A model generated the notes under the pieces. That model searched no databases, was not told the DNA's origin, and saw nothing but the letters and a program-made list of their open reading frames with translations. 64,000 nt of DNA from Actinomycetota bacterium (GTDB lineage: Bacteria; Actinomycetota; UBA4738; CALAEC01): NCBI GenBank assembly GCA_050693035.1, contig JBOGWB010000086.1, forward strand, positions 1,640 to 65,639, written 5' to 3'. Below, one piece after another: positions 24,362 through 34,752 of this stretch (its first letter is position 1; the number at the start of each line of letters is the position of its first letter). Position numbers and translations under genes: made by a program.

Positions 24362-25615
24362 GTGCGCGGGCGCCCACCGAAGCGGACCGATCGACGCGGA
24401 GGCAACACCGGGCGTTACCGCTGGGTGGTTCTCGGCCTCGGCATCCTGGCCCAGGCCGCCTTCGCCGCGCTCGTGGCGGGGTTCCCGGCGCTGGGGCCCG
24501 CGCTGAGAGCCGAGTACAACCTGTCCCTCTCGGCGTTCGGCGCCGTCCTCGGCGCGGTCACCGCCGGCGCCACCTTCACCCTGGTGCCCTGGGGACTGCT
24601 CACCGACCGCATCGGTGAGCGGCGATCGTTGTCCATCGGCCTCGCTGGCGCGGGCCTGGCTCTCGGCGTCTCCGCGGCCGGCGGCTCGCTCTTCCTGGCG
24701 GGGATGCTCTTCCTGGCCGGAGTTCTGGGTGCGGTGACCAACGTGGCCAGCGGCCGCGTCGTGATGGGCTGGTTCGACTTCGCCGAGCGGGGAACGGCGT
24801 TCGGGCTGCGGCAGGCGGCCGTACCGCTGGGCGGGGCGATCGCGGCGTTCACGCTGCCGGCGCTCGCCGCCACGGCTGGAGCCCGCGCCGGACTGGTGGC
24901 TCTCGGCGCGGGCTGCCTCGCCGCGGCGATCGCCTGTGGGTCGTGGCTGCGAGACCCGCCTTCGTCGCCGGACGGCGGGGAGGTGCCACGGGCGCCGTTC
25001 CGGGACCGCCGCCTCTATCGCCTGGCCGCAGCGAGCGGCCTCCTCGTGGCGGCGCAGGCCGCGGTGATCGGCTTCGTTCCCCTCTTCCTCCACGAGGAGC
25101 GCGGACTCTCTGAGGTGGGTGCCGGCCTGGCCCTGGGCGGCATCCAGGTCGTGGGCATCGTTCTCCGAGTAGCCGCGGGACGGTGGTCGGACCGGCTCGG
25201 GCGTCGCCTGGAACCGCTTCGGCGTGCCGCGGCGGGGGTGGCCCTGGCCTGGATCGTGACGCCGCTCCTGTTCGGCGTCCCCCTCCTGGTCCTCGTTCCC
25301 GTCCTCGTCGTGGCGGGATCCCTGGCGTTCAGCTGGAACGGCCTGTCGTTCAACGCGGCAGCCGAGTACGGGGAACGGGGACGAGCGGGCACGGCGATCG
25401 CCCTCCAGCAGACCGCGCTGTTCGCATCGGCGGCGCTGGTGGCCCCGGCGTTCGGCTGGCTCGTCAGCGTGACGTCCTGGCGGGCCGCGTACCTCACGGT
25501 GGCCCTGGGTCCCGTCGCAGCGTGGTGGCTCCTGCGCCCGCTGGCCCGTTCCGAACGGCCGGGCGGGGGGCGGGGAGTGGGAAGCGTCCCGCCCGAGGCC
25601 CCGGTCGGTCTGTAG
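24362..25615 (+). CDS. MFS transporter
   Basis: 417-aa ORF (GTG start) with about 12 predicted hydrophobic helices. It has the MFS loop motif LTDRIGERRSL between TM2 and TM3 and a second-half equivalent, GRWSDRLGRR. Confidence 0.8.
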   Translation: MRGRPPKRTDRRGGNTGRYRWVVLGLGILAQAAFAALVAGFPALGPALRAEYNLSLSAFGAVLGAVTAGATFTLVPWGLLTDRIGERRSLSIGLAGAGLALGVSAAGGSLFLAGMLFLAGVLGAVTNVASGRVVMGWFDFAERGTAFGLRQAAVPLGGAIAAFTLPALAATAGARAGLVALGAGCLAAAIACGSWLRDPPSSPDGGEVPRAPFRDRRLYRLAAASGLLVAAQAAVIGFVPLFLHEERGLSEVGAGLALGGIQVVGIVLRVAAGRWSDRLGRRLEPLRRAAAGVALAWIVTPLLFGVPLLVLVPVLVVAGSLAFSWNGLSFNAAAEYGERGRAGTAIALQQTALFASAALVAPAFGWLVSVTSWRAAYLTVALGPVAAWWLLRPLARSERPGGGRGVGSVPPEAPVGL

Positions 25616-25617
25616 CC

Positions 25618-26340
25618 TCACCCCTCCGAGGCCTGTTCCACCAGCGCGTCGAACAGCCCCTGCTGGGCCGGGTCCTGCTCCGCGGTCCGCTCGGGGTGCC
25701 ATTCGACGCCGAGCGCCCAACCATGTTCGTGCTCGACGGCCTCGACGATGGCGTCCTCGGTCCACCCGACCGGCGCCAGGCCCGCTCCCAGCCGGGCCAG
25801 GGCCTGGTGGTGAGAAGAGGACGCCGCGACCTCGTCCGCCCCCATGGCCTTGGCCACACGGGAGCCCGGTACCAGTCGCACCGTGTGAATCCGGGGAGAC
25901 CGACCCGGGACGCCGTGCCCGGCGAGCCCTTCACGGCCCGTGATGTGCTGGTCGAGGCTCCCGCCCAGGGCCACGTTGAGGACCTGGATGCCCCGGCAGA
26001 TCCCCAGCAGCGGTTTTCCCAGCTCGACGGCGGCACGGGCCACGGCCATCTCGAAGGCGTCGGCGTCCGGATCGATGCCGTAACACTCTGGATGGGGGGC
26101 CTCTCCGTAATACGCCGGGTCGACGTCCCCGCCGCCGATGAGCAGCACTCCGTCGAACCGTGCCAGGCGGCGGCGAGCCTCGTCGAGGTCCACGCGCTCC
26201 GGGAAGAGGATGGCTTCCTGCCCCCCGGCGCCGTGGAGCGCCCGGATGTAGCTCGCAGGGACGCCCACGGAGTCCTGCCGCCAGGTCTTCACCTTCCCCG
26301 CAGGGAGGTGCTGCCCGGCAACCGCGATCAGCGCGCGCAT
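25618..26340 (-). CDS. Class I glutamine amidotransferase / gamma-glutamyl-GABA hydrolase-like (peptidase C26)
   Basis: 240-aa ORF. Motifs: LLIGGGDVDPAYYG, the nucleophile elbow PLLGICRGIQVLNVALGG, SHHQA, and VEWHPE. This is the PuuD/C26 pattern. Confidence 0.85.
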   Translation of the reverse strand: MRALIAVAGQHLPAGKVKTWRQDSVGVPASYIRALHGAGGQEAILFPERVDLDEARRRLARFDGVLLIGGGDVDPAYYGEAPHPECYGIDPDADAFEMAVARAAVELGKPLLGICRGIQVLNVALGGSLDQHITGREGLAGHGVPGRSPRIHTVRLVPGSRVAKAMGADEVAASSSHHQALARLGAGLAPVGWTEDAIVEAVEHEHGWALGVEWHPERTAEQDPAQQGLFDALVEQASEG

Positions 26341-26418
26341 GCGGCATCCAGTCTACGAGCGGGCTTCCAGCTCGATCCGCCAGGCCCGAGGGCAGCCGGA
26401 CATACAATCGCGTTGAAG

Positions 26419-28368
26419 ATGGACCTTGCCGACCCTTCAGCCGGCGTCGCTCCCGCCACGGCCGAGGCCGCGGAGGGGTATTCCCTCCAGCGCAGCCCGT
26501 TCCCGCCGATCGCAGGGTACGGGTTCCTCTCCGATCGAGAGGTGGGAGCCCTCGTCGCGCCGAACGGGAACGTCGAGTGGTTGTGCCTGCCGAGGCCGGA
26601 GGGTCCCAGCGTGTTCGGGGCCATCCTGGACCGATCGGCCGGAGGGTTCCGGTTGGGACCGTCGGACGTCACGGTGGCCGCGGGTCGCCGGTACCTCCCC
26701 GGGACCATGGTTCTCGAGACCACCTGGCAGACCGGGTCGGGCTGGCTGATCGTCAGGGACGCGCTCACCATCGGGCCCTGGTACAGCAAGGAGCGGCTCG
26801 AGCACTACAAGCGTCCGCCGGGCGACCACCAGGCCGAGCACTGCCTGCTCCGCACGGTCAAATGCGTGAACGGCCAGGTGGAACTGGCGCTCAACTGCGA
26901 GCCCGTCTTCGACTACGGGCGGGTCGAGGCCGAGTGGGACTACACCGATCTCGGGTACCGGCAGGCCATCGCCAGGGGCGGAGAGGGCGACCCGGTCCTC
27001 CGCCTCACCACCAGCCTTCGGCTGGCCTTCGAGGGACGCTCCGCCCATGCGTACAGCACCCTCACCGAAGGGGACTCGGCGTTCGCCGCCCTCACGTGGT
27101 CCGAGGAGCCCTCCCCGCCGCTCACGTTCGAGGAGGGCGCGGATCGGATGTGGCGTACCGGGAACTACTGGCGGGAGTGGCTGCACCACGGCGAGTTCCC
27201 CGACCATCCGTGGCGGATCTTCCTGCAACGGAGCGCGCTCACGCTCAAGGGCCTGACCTACGTGCCGACCGGCGCCCTGCTGGCAGCCGCAACCACCTCC
27301 TTGCCCGAGACACCTGGGGGTGAACGGAACTGGGACTACCGATACAGCTGGGTCCGGGACGCCACGTTCGGCCTGTGGGGCCTGTACACCCTGGGGTTCG
27401 ACTACGAGGCCAACAACTTCTTCTACTTCATCGCCGACGCCTGCGCCGAGGGCGACGATCTGCAGCCGATGTATGCGGTGGGCGGAGAGAAGGAGCTCGA
27501 AGAGCAGACGCTGGACCACCTTTCCGGTTACGAGTCCGCGCGTCCCGTCCGGATCGGGAACGCTGCCTACAAGCAGAAGCAGCACGACGTGTGGGGGTCC
27601 TTGCTGGACTCGGTGTACCTGCACACGAGATCCCGGGATCACCTCGAGGAACGGGTGTGGCCGCTCCTCAAGCGGGCCGTGGAGGACGCCGTCGCCAACT
27701 GGCGAGAGCCGGACCGAGGGATCTGGGAGGTGCGGGGCGAGCCGAAGCACTTCACGTCCTCCAAGATGATGTGCTGGGTGGCGTGCGACCGAGGGGCTCG
27801 TCTGGCCCGGCTGCACGGCGATTCCGACCTGGCCGAGCGGTGGCGCCAGACCGCTGAGGAGATCCACGCCGACATCTGCGAGCACGGCATCGACGACCGA
27901 GGGGTGTTCGTGCAGCACTACGACACCACGGCTCTCGACGCCTCCCTCCTGCTGATGCCGCTGGTGCGATTCCTTCCCCCGGACGACGCCCGGGTCCACG
28001 CCACCGTGCTGGCCATCGCCGACGAGCTCACGGTGGACGGGCTGGTGCTCCGGTACCGCGTCGACGAGACCGACGACGGGCTGACCGGCGAGGAGGGCAC
28101 CTTCGCGATCTGCTCCTTCTGGCTCGTCTCCGCGTTGGCCGAGATCGGGGAGGTCGTCCGGTCCCGCGTCCTGTGCGAAAGGTTGCTCTCCTACGCGAGC
28201 CCGTTGCTCCTGTACGCGGAGGAGATCGATCCCCGGAGCGGGCGGCACCTGGGCAACTTCCCCCAGGCGTTCACGCACCTGGCGCTGATCAACGCGGTGA
28301 TGCACGTGATCAGGGCGGAAGAGCAGGAATCCATGCGGTTCACCCCGGCCCATCCGACGCCGGTGTGA
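26419..28368 (+). CDS. Glycoside hydrolase family 15 (glucoamylase/trehalase-type)
   Basis: ATG 26419 inside track ORF 25183-28368. Features: IAGYGFLSDREVGALVAPNGNVEWLCLPR, SLPETPGGERNWDYRYSWVRDATF, WEVRGEPKHFTSSKMMCWVA, GNFPQAFTHLALINA. These are as in actinobacterial GH15 proteins. Confidence 0.85.
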   Translation: MDLADPSAGVAPATAEAAEGYSLQRSPFPPIAGYGFLSDREVGALVAPNGNVEWLCLPRPEGPSVFGAILDRSAGGFRLGPSDVTVAAGRRYLPGTMVLETTWQTGSGWLIVRDALTIGPWYSKERLEHYKRPPGDHQAEHCLLRTVKCVNGQVELALNCEPVFDYGRVEAEWDYTDLGYRQAIARGGEGDPVLRLTTSLRLAFEGRSAHAYSTLTEGDSAFAALTWSEEPSPPLTFEEGADRMWRTGNYWREWLHHGEFPDHPWRIFLQRSALTLKGLTYVPTGALLAAATTSLPETPGGERNWDYRYSWVRDATFGLWGLYTLGFDYEANNFFYFIADACAEGDDLQPMYAVGGEKELEEQTLDHLSGYESARPVRIGNAAYKQKQHDVWGSLLDSVYLHTRSRDHLEERVWPLLKRAVEDAVANWREPDRGIWEVRGEPKHFTSSKMMCWVACDRGARLARLHGDSDLAERWRQTAEEIHADICEHGIDDRGVFVQHYDTTALDASLLLMPLVRFLPPDDARVHATVLAIADELTVDGLVLRYRVDETDDGLTGEEGTFAICSFWLVSALAEIGEVVRSRVLCERLLSYASPLLLYAEEIDPRSGRHLGNFPQAFTHLALINAVMHVIRAEEQESMRFTPAHPTPV

Positions 28369-28369
28369 C

Positions 28370-29788
28370 TCAGAGATCGTTCTCCGCGTCCGGTCCCAGG
28401 CGGCTCAGCGCGTGGAGCTTGTTCTGGGCGTCGAGCGCCGCCACCTTGTACGCCTCGGCCAGCGTCGGGTAGTTGAAGACGGCGTTCAGCAGATAATCGA
28501 GCGTCCCCTGATTGCCCATCACGGCCTGGCCGATGTGGACAAGCTCGGTCGCTCCCGTTCCCAGCACGTGCACACCCAGCAGCCGCCGGTCGTCCGGGGA
28601 CACCAGGAGCTTCAACATCCCGTGGCTCTCCCCGAGGATGGCTCCCCGGGCGAGCTCCCGGTACCGCGAGATGCCCACTTCGTACGCCACCCCCGCCTCG
28701 GTCAGCTCTCCTTCGGTCTTCCCGACGAAGCTGATCTCGGGGATGGTGTAGATGCCGATCGGGAGGAGGCCCGGCGCCGACCGGACCGGCTGCCCGAAGG
28801 CGTCGAGCGCCGCGATACGGCCCTGCTCCATGGCCGTGGAAGCCAGGCTGGGAAAACCCACCACGTCGCCCACCGCGTAGATGTGTTCGACCGGAGTCCG
28901 GAAGTTCTCCCCGACCTCGATGCGCCCTCGCTCGTCGGCCTCCAGGCCGGCCTTGGCGAGATCCAGCTCGTCGGTGGCGCCATCCCGGCCCGCCGAGTAC
29001 AGGACGGCTTCGGCGGCGACGCGCTTACCGCTGGCCAGCTCGACGAGCGCGCCCTCCTCCAACGACTTCACCGCGGTCACCTCTTCTCCGAGGCGGAAGG
29101 TCAGCCCGAGATCGCGGAGGTCGTGCTGGAGACCCTCGATGATCTCGTCGTCGCAGAACTCGAGGATCCGTCGCCGCTTGTCCACCAGGGTGACCTTGCT
29201 CCCCAGAGCGGCGAAGATCGACGCGTACTCGATCCCGACCACCCCGCCGCCGACCACGACGAGGGAGCCGGGGATCCGTTCGACCTTGAACAGCCCGTCG
29301 GAGTCGAAGACGGCTCGGTCGTCGAAGGCCACCGCGGAGGGCCGGGCCGGGCGGGTGCCCGTACCGATCACGATGTACTCGCCGGACACCGTGCGCTCGG
29401 AGCCGTTGGTCCCGACCACCACCGTGTGGGGATCGACGAAGCGGGCCACTCCGTCCAGGATGGAAACATGGTTCCGGGTGAGCTGGTCCCGGATCACGTC
29501 GGTCTCACGCCGGATCACGTCCAGGTACCGTGAGCGGAGATCCTCCATCGTGATCTCTTCCTTGACGCGATAGCTCTGGCCGTACACCCCGCGCTGCGTG
29601 AACCCGGTGAGATGGAGAACGGCCTCGCGGAGGGTCTTGGAGGGGATGGTTCCGGTGATCACGCAGACGCCGCCCAGCTGCCTGCGCTCCACCACGGCGG
29701 CCCGCCGGCCCAGCTTCGCCGCCTGGATCGCCGCTTTCTGGCCCGCCGGCCCGCACCCGATGGCGAGCAGCTCGTAGTCGTGGGCCAT
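28370..29788 (-). CDS. sthA: Soluble pyridine nucleotide transhydrogenase (Si-specific)
   Basis: 472-aa ORF. FAD motif [19 protein letters not shown], the segment [19 protein letters not shown] lacking the redox disulfide pair spacing of LPD, NAD motif [16 protein letters not shown], and C-terminal [16 protein letters not shown]. Confidence 0.8.
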   Translation of the reverse strand: MAHDYELLAIGCGPAGQKAAIQAAKLGRRAAVVERRQLGGVCVITGTIPSKTLREAVLHLTGFTQRGVYGQSYRVKEEITMEDLRSRYLDVIRRETDVIRDQLTRNHVSILDGVARFVDPHTVVVGTNGSERTVSGEYIVIGTGTRPARPSAVAFDDRAVFDSDGLFKVERIPGSLVVVGGGVVGIEYASIFAALGSKVTLVDKRRRILEFCDDEIIEGLQHDLRDLGLTFRLGEEVTAVKSLEEGALVELASGKRVAAEAVLYSAGRDGATDELDLAKAGLEADERGRIEVGENFRTPVEHIYAVGDVVGFPSLASTAMEQGRIAALDAFGQPVRSAPGLLPIGIYTIPEISFVGKTEGELTEAGVAYEVGISRYRELARGAILGESHGMLKLLVSPDDRRLLGVHVLGTGATELVHIGQAVMGNQGTLDYLLNAVFNYPTLAEAYKVAALDAQNKLHALSRLGPDAENDL

Positions 29789-29792
29789 GTCG

Positions 29793-30881
29793 TCAGCCCT
29801 CCTCGGCGGGCCCCTCGTCCAAGGTCGCCACCGGCCTGGCAGGGTTCCACGGGACGCCCGGGAGGATCATGGCGCTGCTGGTGGCCATGGCCACGCGCTT
29901 CCCGTCGGCGTCCTCGACCTCGGCAGTGGTCACCGCGATGGTCCTGCCCCGGTGAACCACTCTGGCTTCCGCCACCAGGTCGCGGCCGTCCGCCGTCACG
30001 GGCCGGAGAAAGTTGATCTTCAGGTCGAGCGTCCCGAACGACGTGGCCGGGGGAAGGGTCGTGGTGACGGCGCTGTTGATCCCGCCGTCGATGAAGAGGG
30101 CGATGACCCCGCCGTAGAACGTTCCGAACCCCGTGCAGAACCACTCGCTCGCGGGCATCGACCACGTGGAGGATCCTTCGTCCGCCTCGAGGAGTCGCCA
30201 TCCGGACAATTGACACACGGGGGGAGTGGCCCGCTCTCCCTTCAACCACGATTGGACCAGCTCGAGTCCGGCGATCCGGTCCCACTCTTCCTGGGAGGGC
30301 ACCTCTCCCTCGACCGGCCGGAGGTACGGATCAGGTGTCGGGTATTCGATGCTCTGCGCCGGCGGAAGCGAGGCCGGCGGATCCGGCGGGTCGAACGGCA
30401 GCTTCCGCAGCACGCATCGGGAGGTGGCGTGGGCGAGGAGCCGTCCGCCGGCATCCTCGATGCGGCCCTCGGAGAGTCCCTGGCGCGAACCGGCATGGAT
30501 GAGGGTGGCCCGGCTCACCAAACTCCCACTGGCCGGCGTGGCCGGTCGGAGGAAGTTCATCGACAGCTCCGAAGTGGCGAGGACGGTTCCCTTCGGGAGG
30601 GTGTTGTAGATGGCTCCCCCGAGAGCAGCGTCCGCCACGACCGCCAGCGCGCCCCCCGGGAACACTCCGGCGGCGGACTGCCACCATGGACTGGCCGGGA
30701 CGGTCCACGTCGACGTCCCGTTCCGGGCATCGACCGGGGCCAGCCCGGTGAGGTGATGGATCGGCGGGAACGGCACCCTTCGCTCGACGAATGGAAGGAT
30801 CTGCTCCGCTGGCGGCAACGCGAAGAGCCACGGTTGCTCGAGATACGCGTACCTTCCGCGGACCGGCTCGTCGATGATCAC
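29793..30881 (-). CDS. Double hotdog-fold (PaaI-type) thioesterase
   Basis: 362-aa ORF with two repeats of the PaaI-like pattern (HGG-like [16 protein letters not shown]...[10 protein letters not shown] and [17 protein letters not shown]...[10 protein letters not shown]). It lies 4 nt upstream of sthA on the same strand. Confidence 0.7.
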   Translation of the reverse strand: MIIDEPVRGRYAYLEQPWLFALPPAEQILPFVERRVPFPPIHHLTGLAPVDARNGTSTWTVPASPWWQSAAGVFPGGALAVVADAALGGAIYNTLPKGTVLATSELSMNFLRPATPASGSLVSRATLIHAGSRQGLSEGRIEDAGGRLLAHATSRCVLRKLPFDPPDPPASLPPAQSIEYPTPDPYLRPVEGEVPSQEEWDRIAGLELVQSWLKGERATPPVCQLSGWRLLEADEGSSTWSMPASEWFCTGFGTFYGGVIALFIDGGINSAVTTTLPPATSFGTLDLKINFLRPVTADGRDLVAEARVVHRGRTIAVTTAEVEDADGKRVAMATSSAMILPGVPWNPARPVATLDEGPAEEG

Positions 30882-31122
30882 GACGCGAGGATATCCCGGG
30901 AGGAGGGTCGAGCGGCAGGCTCCCTCAGACCGTGCGGCTTCCCCGGTTGCTCTGATCGGTCAGGCGGCGCAGGCCCATCTCACCGGCCGGTGGCGGAGAA
31001 GTGCTGATAGTCTTTCGAGGAGGCCCAAGTATCGACCGTCTCCGGTTCGCGCAAAACCCGGATTCCAGAAACCTTCCCGGAGAGCCGAAAACCGGAAATG
31101 AGGCCGTTTCCAAAGGCATCCG

Positions 31123-31350
31123 ATGATCTGTCCATGCTGCTACGACGCGCTCCGGGGTGAGAACGAGGTGCCCCGCCAGGTGGCCCGGGTCCGCCCGGGG
31201 GACCTCTACTGCGAACGCTGCCAGTGGCTCTTCGCCCGTGAACTGATCAAGGCGGAGGGTCCGGTGGCCCTTTCCGCCGTCTGGCACTGCCCGATCCACA
31301 AGACCCTGAATCCCCGTCGGGAGCTTCCCACCGCTCCCCCTCAGGGATAG
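31123..31350 (+). CDS. Small Cys-rich zinc-ribbon-like protein (hypothetical)
   Basis: 75-aa ORF, MICPCCYDAL...LYCERCQWLF...WHCPIH. No obvious Shine-Dalgarno sequence and no family recognised. Confidence 0.3.
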   Translation: MICPCCYDALRGENEVPRQVARVRPGDLYCERCQWLFARELIKAEGPVALSAVWHCPIHKTLNPRRELPTAPPQG

Positions 31351-31367
31351 CCGGCTCGCGGTCGAGC

Positions 31368-31835
31368 TCAGGCGTCCTTCTCGGCTCCGTCCACCAGACG
31401 CCGGCCGGCCAGTGGTTCGCTCAGATCCACCCGGACCGCCTTCAGAACGGCGAGCTCGATGCACACCTCCGCCGAGGGGACGCGGCCCGCGTAGACCGTG
31501 ATGACAACGGAGCGCCTCCGGTAGTCCACGTCCACTCGGGAGACGCCGTAGCATTGCTCGACCCCACCGTAGAACCGAACCTCCACGTTCCGGGGGTCCA
31601 GGACCCGTGCCTTGTCCCATGGCTGCGGCCGGACGTCCACAAGCCCCGGGCGTGGTTCGACGACCAGTGGGGTGGGCTTCCCGGGGGTGAGGTCGGGGTC
31701 AGGAGTCGAGGAGATCGGGGTATCGGAGCCGGGACCTGCCGTTCCACCTTCACCGAGGCCCGCGCACGCGGTGAGCAGGACCGTACCCGCCAGCAGAGCG
31801 GCGACGATGGGGACGGGGGCTTGGTTCGTTCTCAT
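31368..31835 (-). CDS. Lipoprotein of unknown function
   Basis: 155-aa ORF with signal peptide and lipobox (PIVAALLAGTVLLTAC). Confidence 0.6.
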   Translation of the reverse strand: MRTNQAPVPIVAALLAGTVLLTACAGLGEGGTAGPGSDTPISSTPDPDLTPGKPTPLVVEPRPGLVDVRPQPWDKARVLDPRNVEVRFYGGVEQCYGVSRVDVDYRRRSVVITVYAGRVPSAEVCIELAVLKAVRVDLSEPLAGRRLVDGAEKDA

Positions 31836-32153
31836 GGTCGTTAGACGGGGGAAGACGGAACAGGGTTCCGGGGCAGGAGCTCACGCTTCCCGCGTCGAAG
31901 GCTAACAGCGAGCGAGAGCATCTTGTCTGTCGCGAAGGCTTCCCTGCTCGCCGATCAGGAAATTCGTGCACGGATCGGCTCGCGGCGATGCCCGTGCGGA
32001 GGGGGCGCCTGGCCCGTCTGGCCTCGTCCTCTCCGTCGCCGCCGTCGGGGCGACGCCGGCGGCACCGGGGAGCCGGGCGCCCCGGAACGGAGTCACGTGG
32101 CCTCGCCCTGAGCAGGCCCTCGGTTCGCACTCCTCGTCACATAGGGTGACGCC

Positions 32154-33113
32154 ATGAGGCTCGCCCTCGCCGGGGATGCCATGCTGGGGCGCGGAGTGGC
32201 CGAGCGGTTGGGCGAGGTACCGCCGGAGTCGCTGTTCGCGCCGGAGGTCGTGGCGATCGCGGACGAAGCAGACCTGTTCGTCCTGAATCTCGAGTGTTGC
32301 ATCTCGGAGCGGGGAACCCCGTGGGCCGCTCCCGGCAAGCAGTTCTTCTTTCGGGCGCCCCCCGCGGCGGTGGAAGCCCTCCGCCATCTCGGGGTGGATT
32401 GCGTGACGCTGGCGAACAATCACGCGCTGGACTTCGGAGAGGAAGCCCTCCTCGACACACTGGAAAAGCTCGACACTGCCGGCATCGCCCACGTGGGGGC
32501 GGGGCCCACCCTCGCGGGTGCTCGATCACCCGTGCTGGTCGAAAGGGCCGGGCTCCGGCTGGCGATGCTGGGGGCGGCCGACCATCCCGCCGATTTCGCG
32601 GCCGGCGAAAGGGCGCCGGGGATCGCCTACGCCGATCTCTCGCGCGGCGTGCCGGACTGGCTGACCTGGGCGATCCGGGCGGCGCGCCGCGGAGCCGACG
32701 CCGTCCTGGTGACACCGCACTGGGGTCCGAACATGACCCCCGGTCCCGTGCCGCACGTCCGCGAAGCGGCGACGGCGTTGATCGGCGCGGGCGCCACCCT
32801 GGTGGCCGGGCATTCCGCCCACGTCTTTCAGGGCATCGACGACAGGACGCTGTTCGACCTCGGCGACTTCATCGACGACTACGCGGTGGACCCGATGCTC
32901 CGAAACGATCTCGGACTGCTGTTCCTCGTCGACCTGGATCGCGGTGGGCCCAGGCGGTTGGAGGCCGTTCCCCTGCATCTCGACTTCTGCTTCACCCGAC
33001 TGGCGGAAGGACCGGATCGAGCCTGGATCTCCCGGCGGTTCCAGGAGGCCTGCGCCGCCTTCGGGACAGAGGTCCACGAGGAGCGGGGCCGCCTGGTCGT
33101 CGAGTGGCGGTGA
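32154..33113 (+). CDS. CapA-family metallophosphoesterase-like protein (poly-gamma-glutamate synthesis protein family)
   Basis: 319-aa ORF. Features: LALAGDAMLGRGV, DLFVLNLECCISERG, VDCVTLANNHALDFGEEAL, VTPHWGPN, AGHSAHVFQG. This is the CapA/PGA_cap pattern. Confidence 0.8.
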   Translation: MRLALAGDAMLGRGVAERLGEVPPESLFAPEVVAIADEADLFVLNLECCISERGTPWAAPGKQFFFRAPPAAVEALRHLGVDCVTLANNHALDFGEEALLDTLEKLDTAGIAHVGAGPTLAGARSPVLVERAGLRLAMLGAADHPADFAAGERAPGIAYADLSRGVPDWLTWAIRAARRGADAVLVTPHWGPNMTPGPVPHVREAATALIGAGATLVAGHSAHVFQGIDDRTLFDLGDFIDDYAVDPMLRNDLGLLFLVDLDRGGPRRLEAVPLHLDFCFTRLAEGPDRAWISRRFQEACAAFGTEVHEERGRLVVEWR

Positions 33114-33147
33114 CCGCGACTCGGGGGGCCGGGTAGGCTGCCTGGCG

Positions 33148-34332
33148 ATGCCGGGCTTCGTCTCCCATCTCTCATGCCCGCGTTGCGGCGAGCGGCACGA
33201 CGCGGGAGTGCCCCACAACGTGTGTACCTGTGGATCCCCGCTCCTCGTCGAGTACGACCTCGAGCGGGTTGGCCGCGCAGTGCGCAAGGACCTGCTGGAG
33301 ATGCGCGAGCCGACCATGTGGCGGTACCGCGAGCTGTTGCCGGTCTCCGAGGAGGGCGACATCGTCAGCCTGGGGGAGGGGTACACGCCGATCTTCCGGG
33401 TGGCTCGGTTGGGGAACGCCGTTGGACTCCCGGACCTGTGGGTGAAGGACGACGGGTTCAACCCGACGGGGACGTTCAAGGCCCGCGGCGCGGCGTGCGG
33501 CATCTCGATGGCCCGGGCGCTGGGGACCCGGGAGGTGGCCCTGCCCACCGCCGGTAACGCGGGGGCGGCCTGGGCATGTTACGGGGCCGCCGCAGGGCTC
33601 GGTGTGCACGTCGCCATGCCCGCGGACGCGCCCCACGCAACCCAGGTGGAGAGCCGCCTGTACGGCGCCGAGGTGACCCTGGTCGACGGTTTGATCTCCG
33701 ATGCCGCCCGCATCGTGGAGACCGGTGCTCGCGACCACGGATGGTTCGACGTCTCGACGCTCCGGGAGCCCTACCGGATCGAGGGGAAGAAGACGCTCGG
33801 TCTGGAGATCGCCGAGCAGCTCCAGTGGGAACCACCCGACGCCATCATCTTCCCCACGGGTGGGGGAGTGGGGATCATCGGGATCTGGCGAGCCCTGAGG
33901 CAGCTCCGCGAGCTCGGGTGGATCGATCGGGTCAGTCGTCTCGTGGTCACGCAATCGGACGGATGCGCACCCATCGTGAAGGCATTCGACGAGGGAAAGG
34001 ACGCGTCGGACCTCTGGGAGCGAGCGGAGACCATCGCCGCCGGGCTCAGGGTGCCCAAGCCACTCGGCGACTTCCTCGTCCTCCGGGCGGTTCGGGAAAC
34101 CGGCGGCACCGCCGTTGCCGTGAACGACGAGGCGATCATCGAAGCGATGGCGCTCCTGGCGCGCGACGCGGGGATCCTCGCCGCCCCGGAGGGAGCGGCC
34201 ACCCTCGCTGCGGCGATCCGGTTGCGAGAGCGAGGGGATCTCGGGCCGGGCGACCGCGTGGTCCTGATCAACACGGGGACCGGCCTCCTCTATCCCGAGG
34301 CGATGGAGCGGGCGGCCGCCATCAGGCGCTGA
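33148..34332 (+). CDS. thrC: Threonine synthase
   Basis: ATG 33148 within track ORF 32944-34332. N-terminal zinc-ribbon-like CPRCGERH...CTCGSPL, the PLP-lysine motif FNPTGTFKARGA, then PTAGNAGAAWACYGA and EPYRIEGKKT. Confidence 0.85.
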   Translation: MPGFVSHLSCPRCGERHDAGVPHNVCTCGSPLLVEYDLERVGRAVRKDLLEMREPTMWRYRELLPVSEEGDIVSLGEGYTPIFRVARLGNAVGLPDLWVKDDGFNPTGTFKARGAACGISMARALGTREVALPTAGNAGAAWACYGAAAGLGVHVAMPADAPHATQVESRLYGAEVTLVDGLISDAARIVETGARDHGWFDVSTLREPYRIEGKKTLGLEIAEQLQWEPPDAIIFPTGGGVGIIGIWRALRQLRELGWIDRVSRLVVTQSDGCAPIVKAFDEGKDASDLWERAETIAAGLRVPKPLGDFLVLRAVRETGGTAVAVNDEAIIEAMALLARDAGILAAPEGAATLAAAIRLRERGDLGPGDRVVLINTGTGLLYPEAMERAAAIRR

Positions 34333-34678
34333 GAGGAACCGGCGGGGAAGGGGCCAGGGCATCCCGGATCGGCTCGAGCCGTTCGGGCCGGACGCGGTAG
34401 TAGACCCACCGACCGCGGCGCTCCCGGTCGAGGAGCCCGGCCTCGTGGAGGACTCTCAGGTGATGGCTGACCGTGGGCTGAGAGAGGCCCACCGGGTCCA
34501 CCAGGGTGCACACGCAGGCCTCGCCGCCGGGTCCCGCGGCGACCAGGCTGAGGAGGCGAAGGCGGGCCGGGTCGGCCAGCACCTTCATGGCCCCGGCCAG
34601 CCGTTCGGCCTCCTCCGCCCCCAGGGGCTCCCGGAGGACCGGGCAGCAGCCCTCGATCTCGGCGATCTTCCTTCTCAC
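34322..34678 (-). CDS. ArsR/SmtB-family metal-sensing transcriptional repressor
   Basis: 118-aa ORF (GTG start). Features: LADPARLRLLSLV, CVCTLVDPVGLSQPTVSHHLRVLHEAGLL (alpha3 Cys-x-Cys plus recognition helix), and an N-terminal Cys pair (EGCCPV). It overlaps the 3' end of thrC by 11 nt (convergent). Confidence 0.85.
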   Translation of the reverse strand: MRRKIAEIEGCCPVLREPLGAEEAERLAGAMKVLADPARLRLLSLVAAGPGGEACVCTLVDPVGLSQPTVSHHLRVLHEAGLLDRERRGRWVYYRVRPERLEPIRDALAPSPPVPLSA

Positions 34679-34689
34679 GTGCTTATATT

Positions 34690-34738
34690 GACAGTCATCG
34701 ATGTTTCATGCAAGCATGATATCGACGGTCATCGATGT
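34690..34738. promoter_or_regulatory. Putative ArsR operator: two direct 15-nt repeats, each containing the palindrome CATCGATG, flanking the inverted repeat TCATGCaaGCATGA
   Basis: GACAGTCATCGATGT (34690-34704) and GACGGTCATCGATGT (34724-34738) are 14/15 identical. TCATGC-AA-GCATGA lies at 34706-34719, and TTGACA at 34688-34693. The whole 74-nt arsR-to-micro-ORF intergenic region is AT-rich relative to the genome. Confidence 0.5.
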
Positions 34739-34752
34739 GAGGAGGTGAGCGG

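Noticed and set aside
25183-26418. 1.2-kb N-terminal extension of the GH15 ORF in the track (start at 25183).
   Set aside because: The extension is antisense to the MFS 3' end and to the whole amidotransferase gene, and it is Arg/Gly/Pro-rich. GH15 similarity begins right after ATG 26419.
30882-31122. Possible structured RNA in the 240-nt intergenic region upstream of the small Cys-rich ORF. Observed pairings: TCCGGTT...AACCGGA long-range pairing and GGAAA...TTTCC hairpin.
   Set aside because: The stems are short (5-7 bp), there is no recognisable riboswitch consensus, and such pairings are easy to find by chance. This is not supportable without covariation data.
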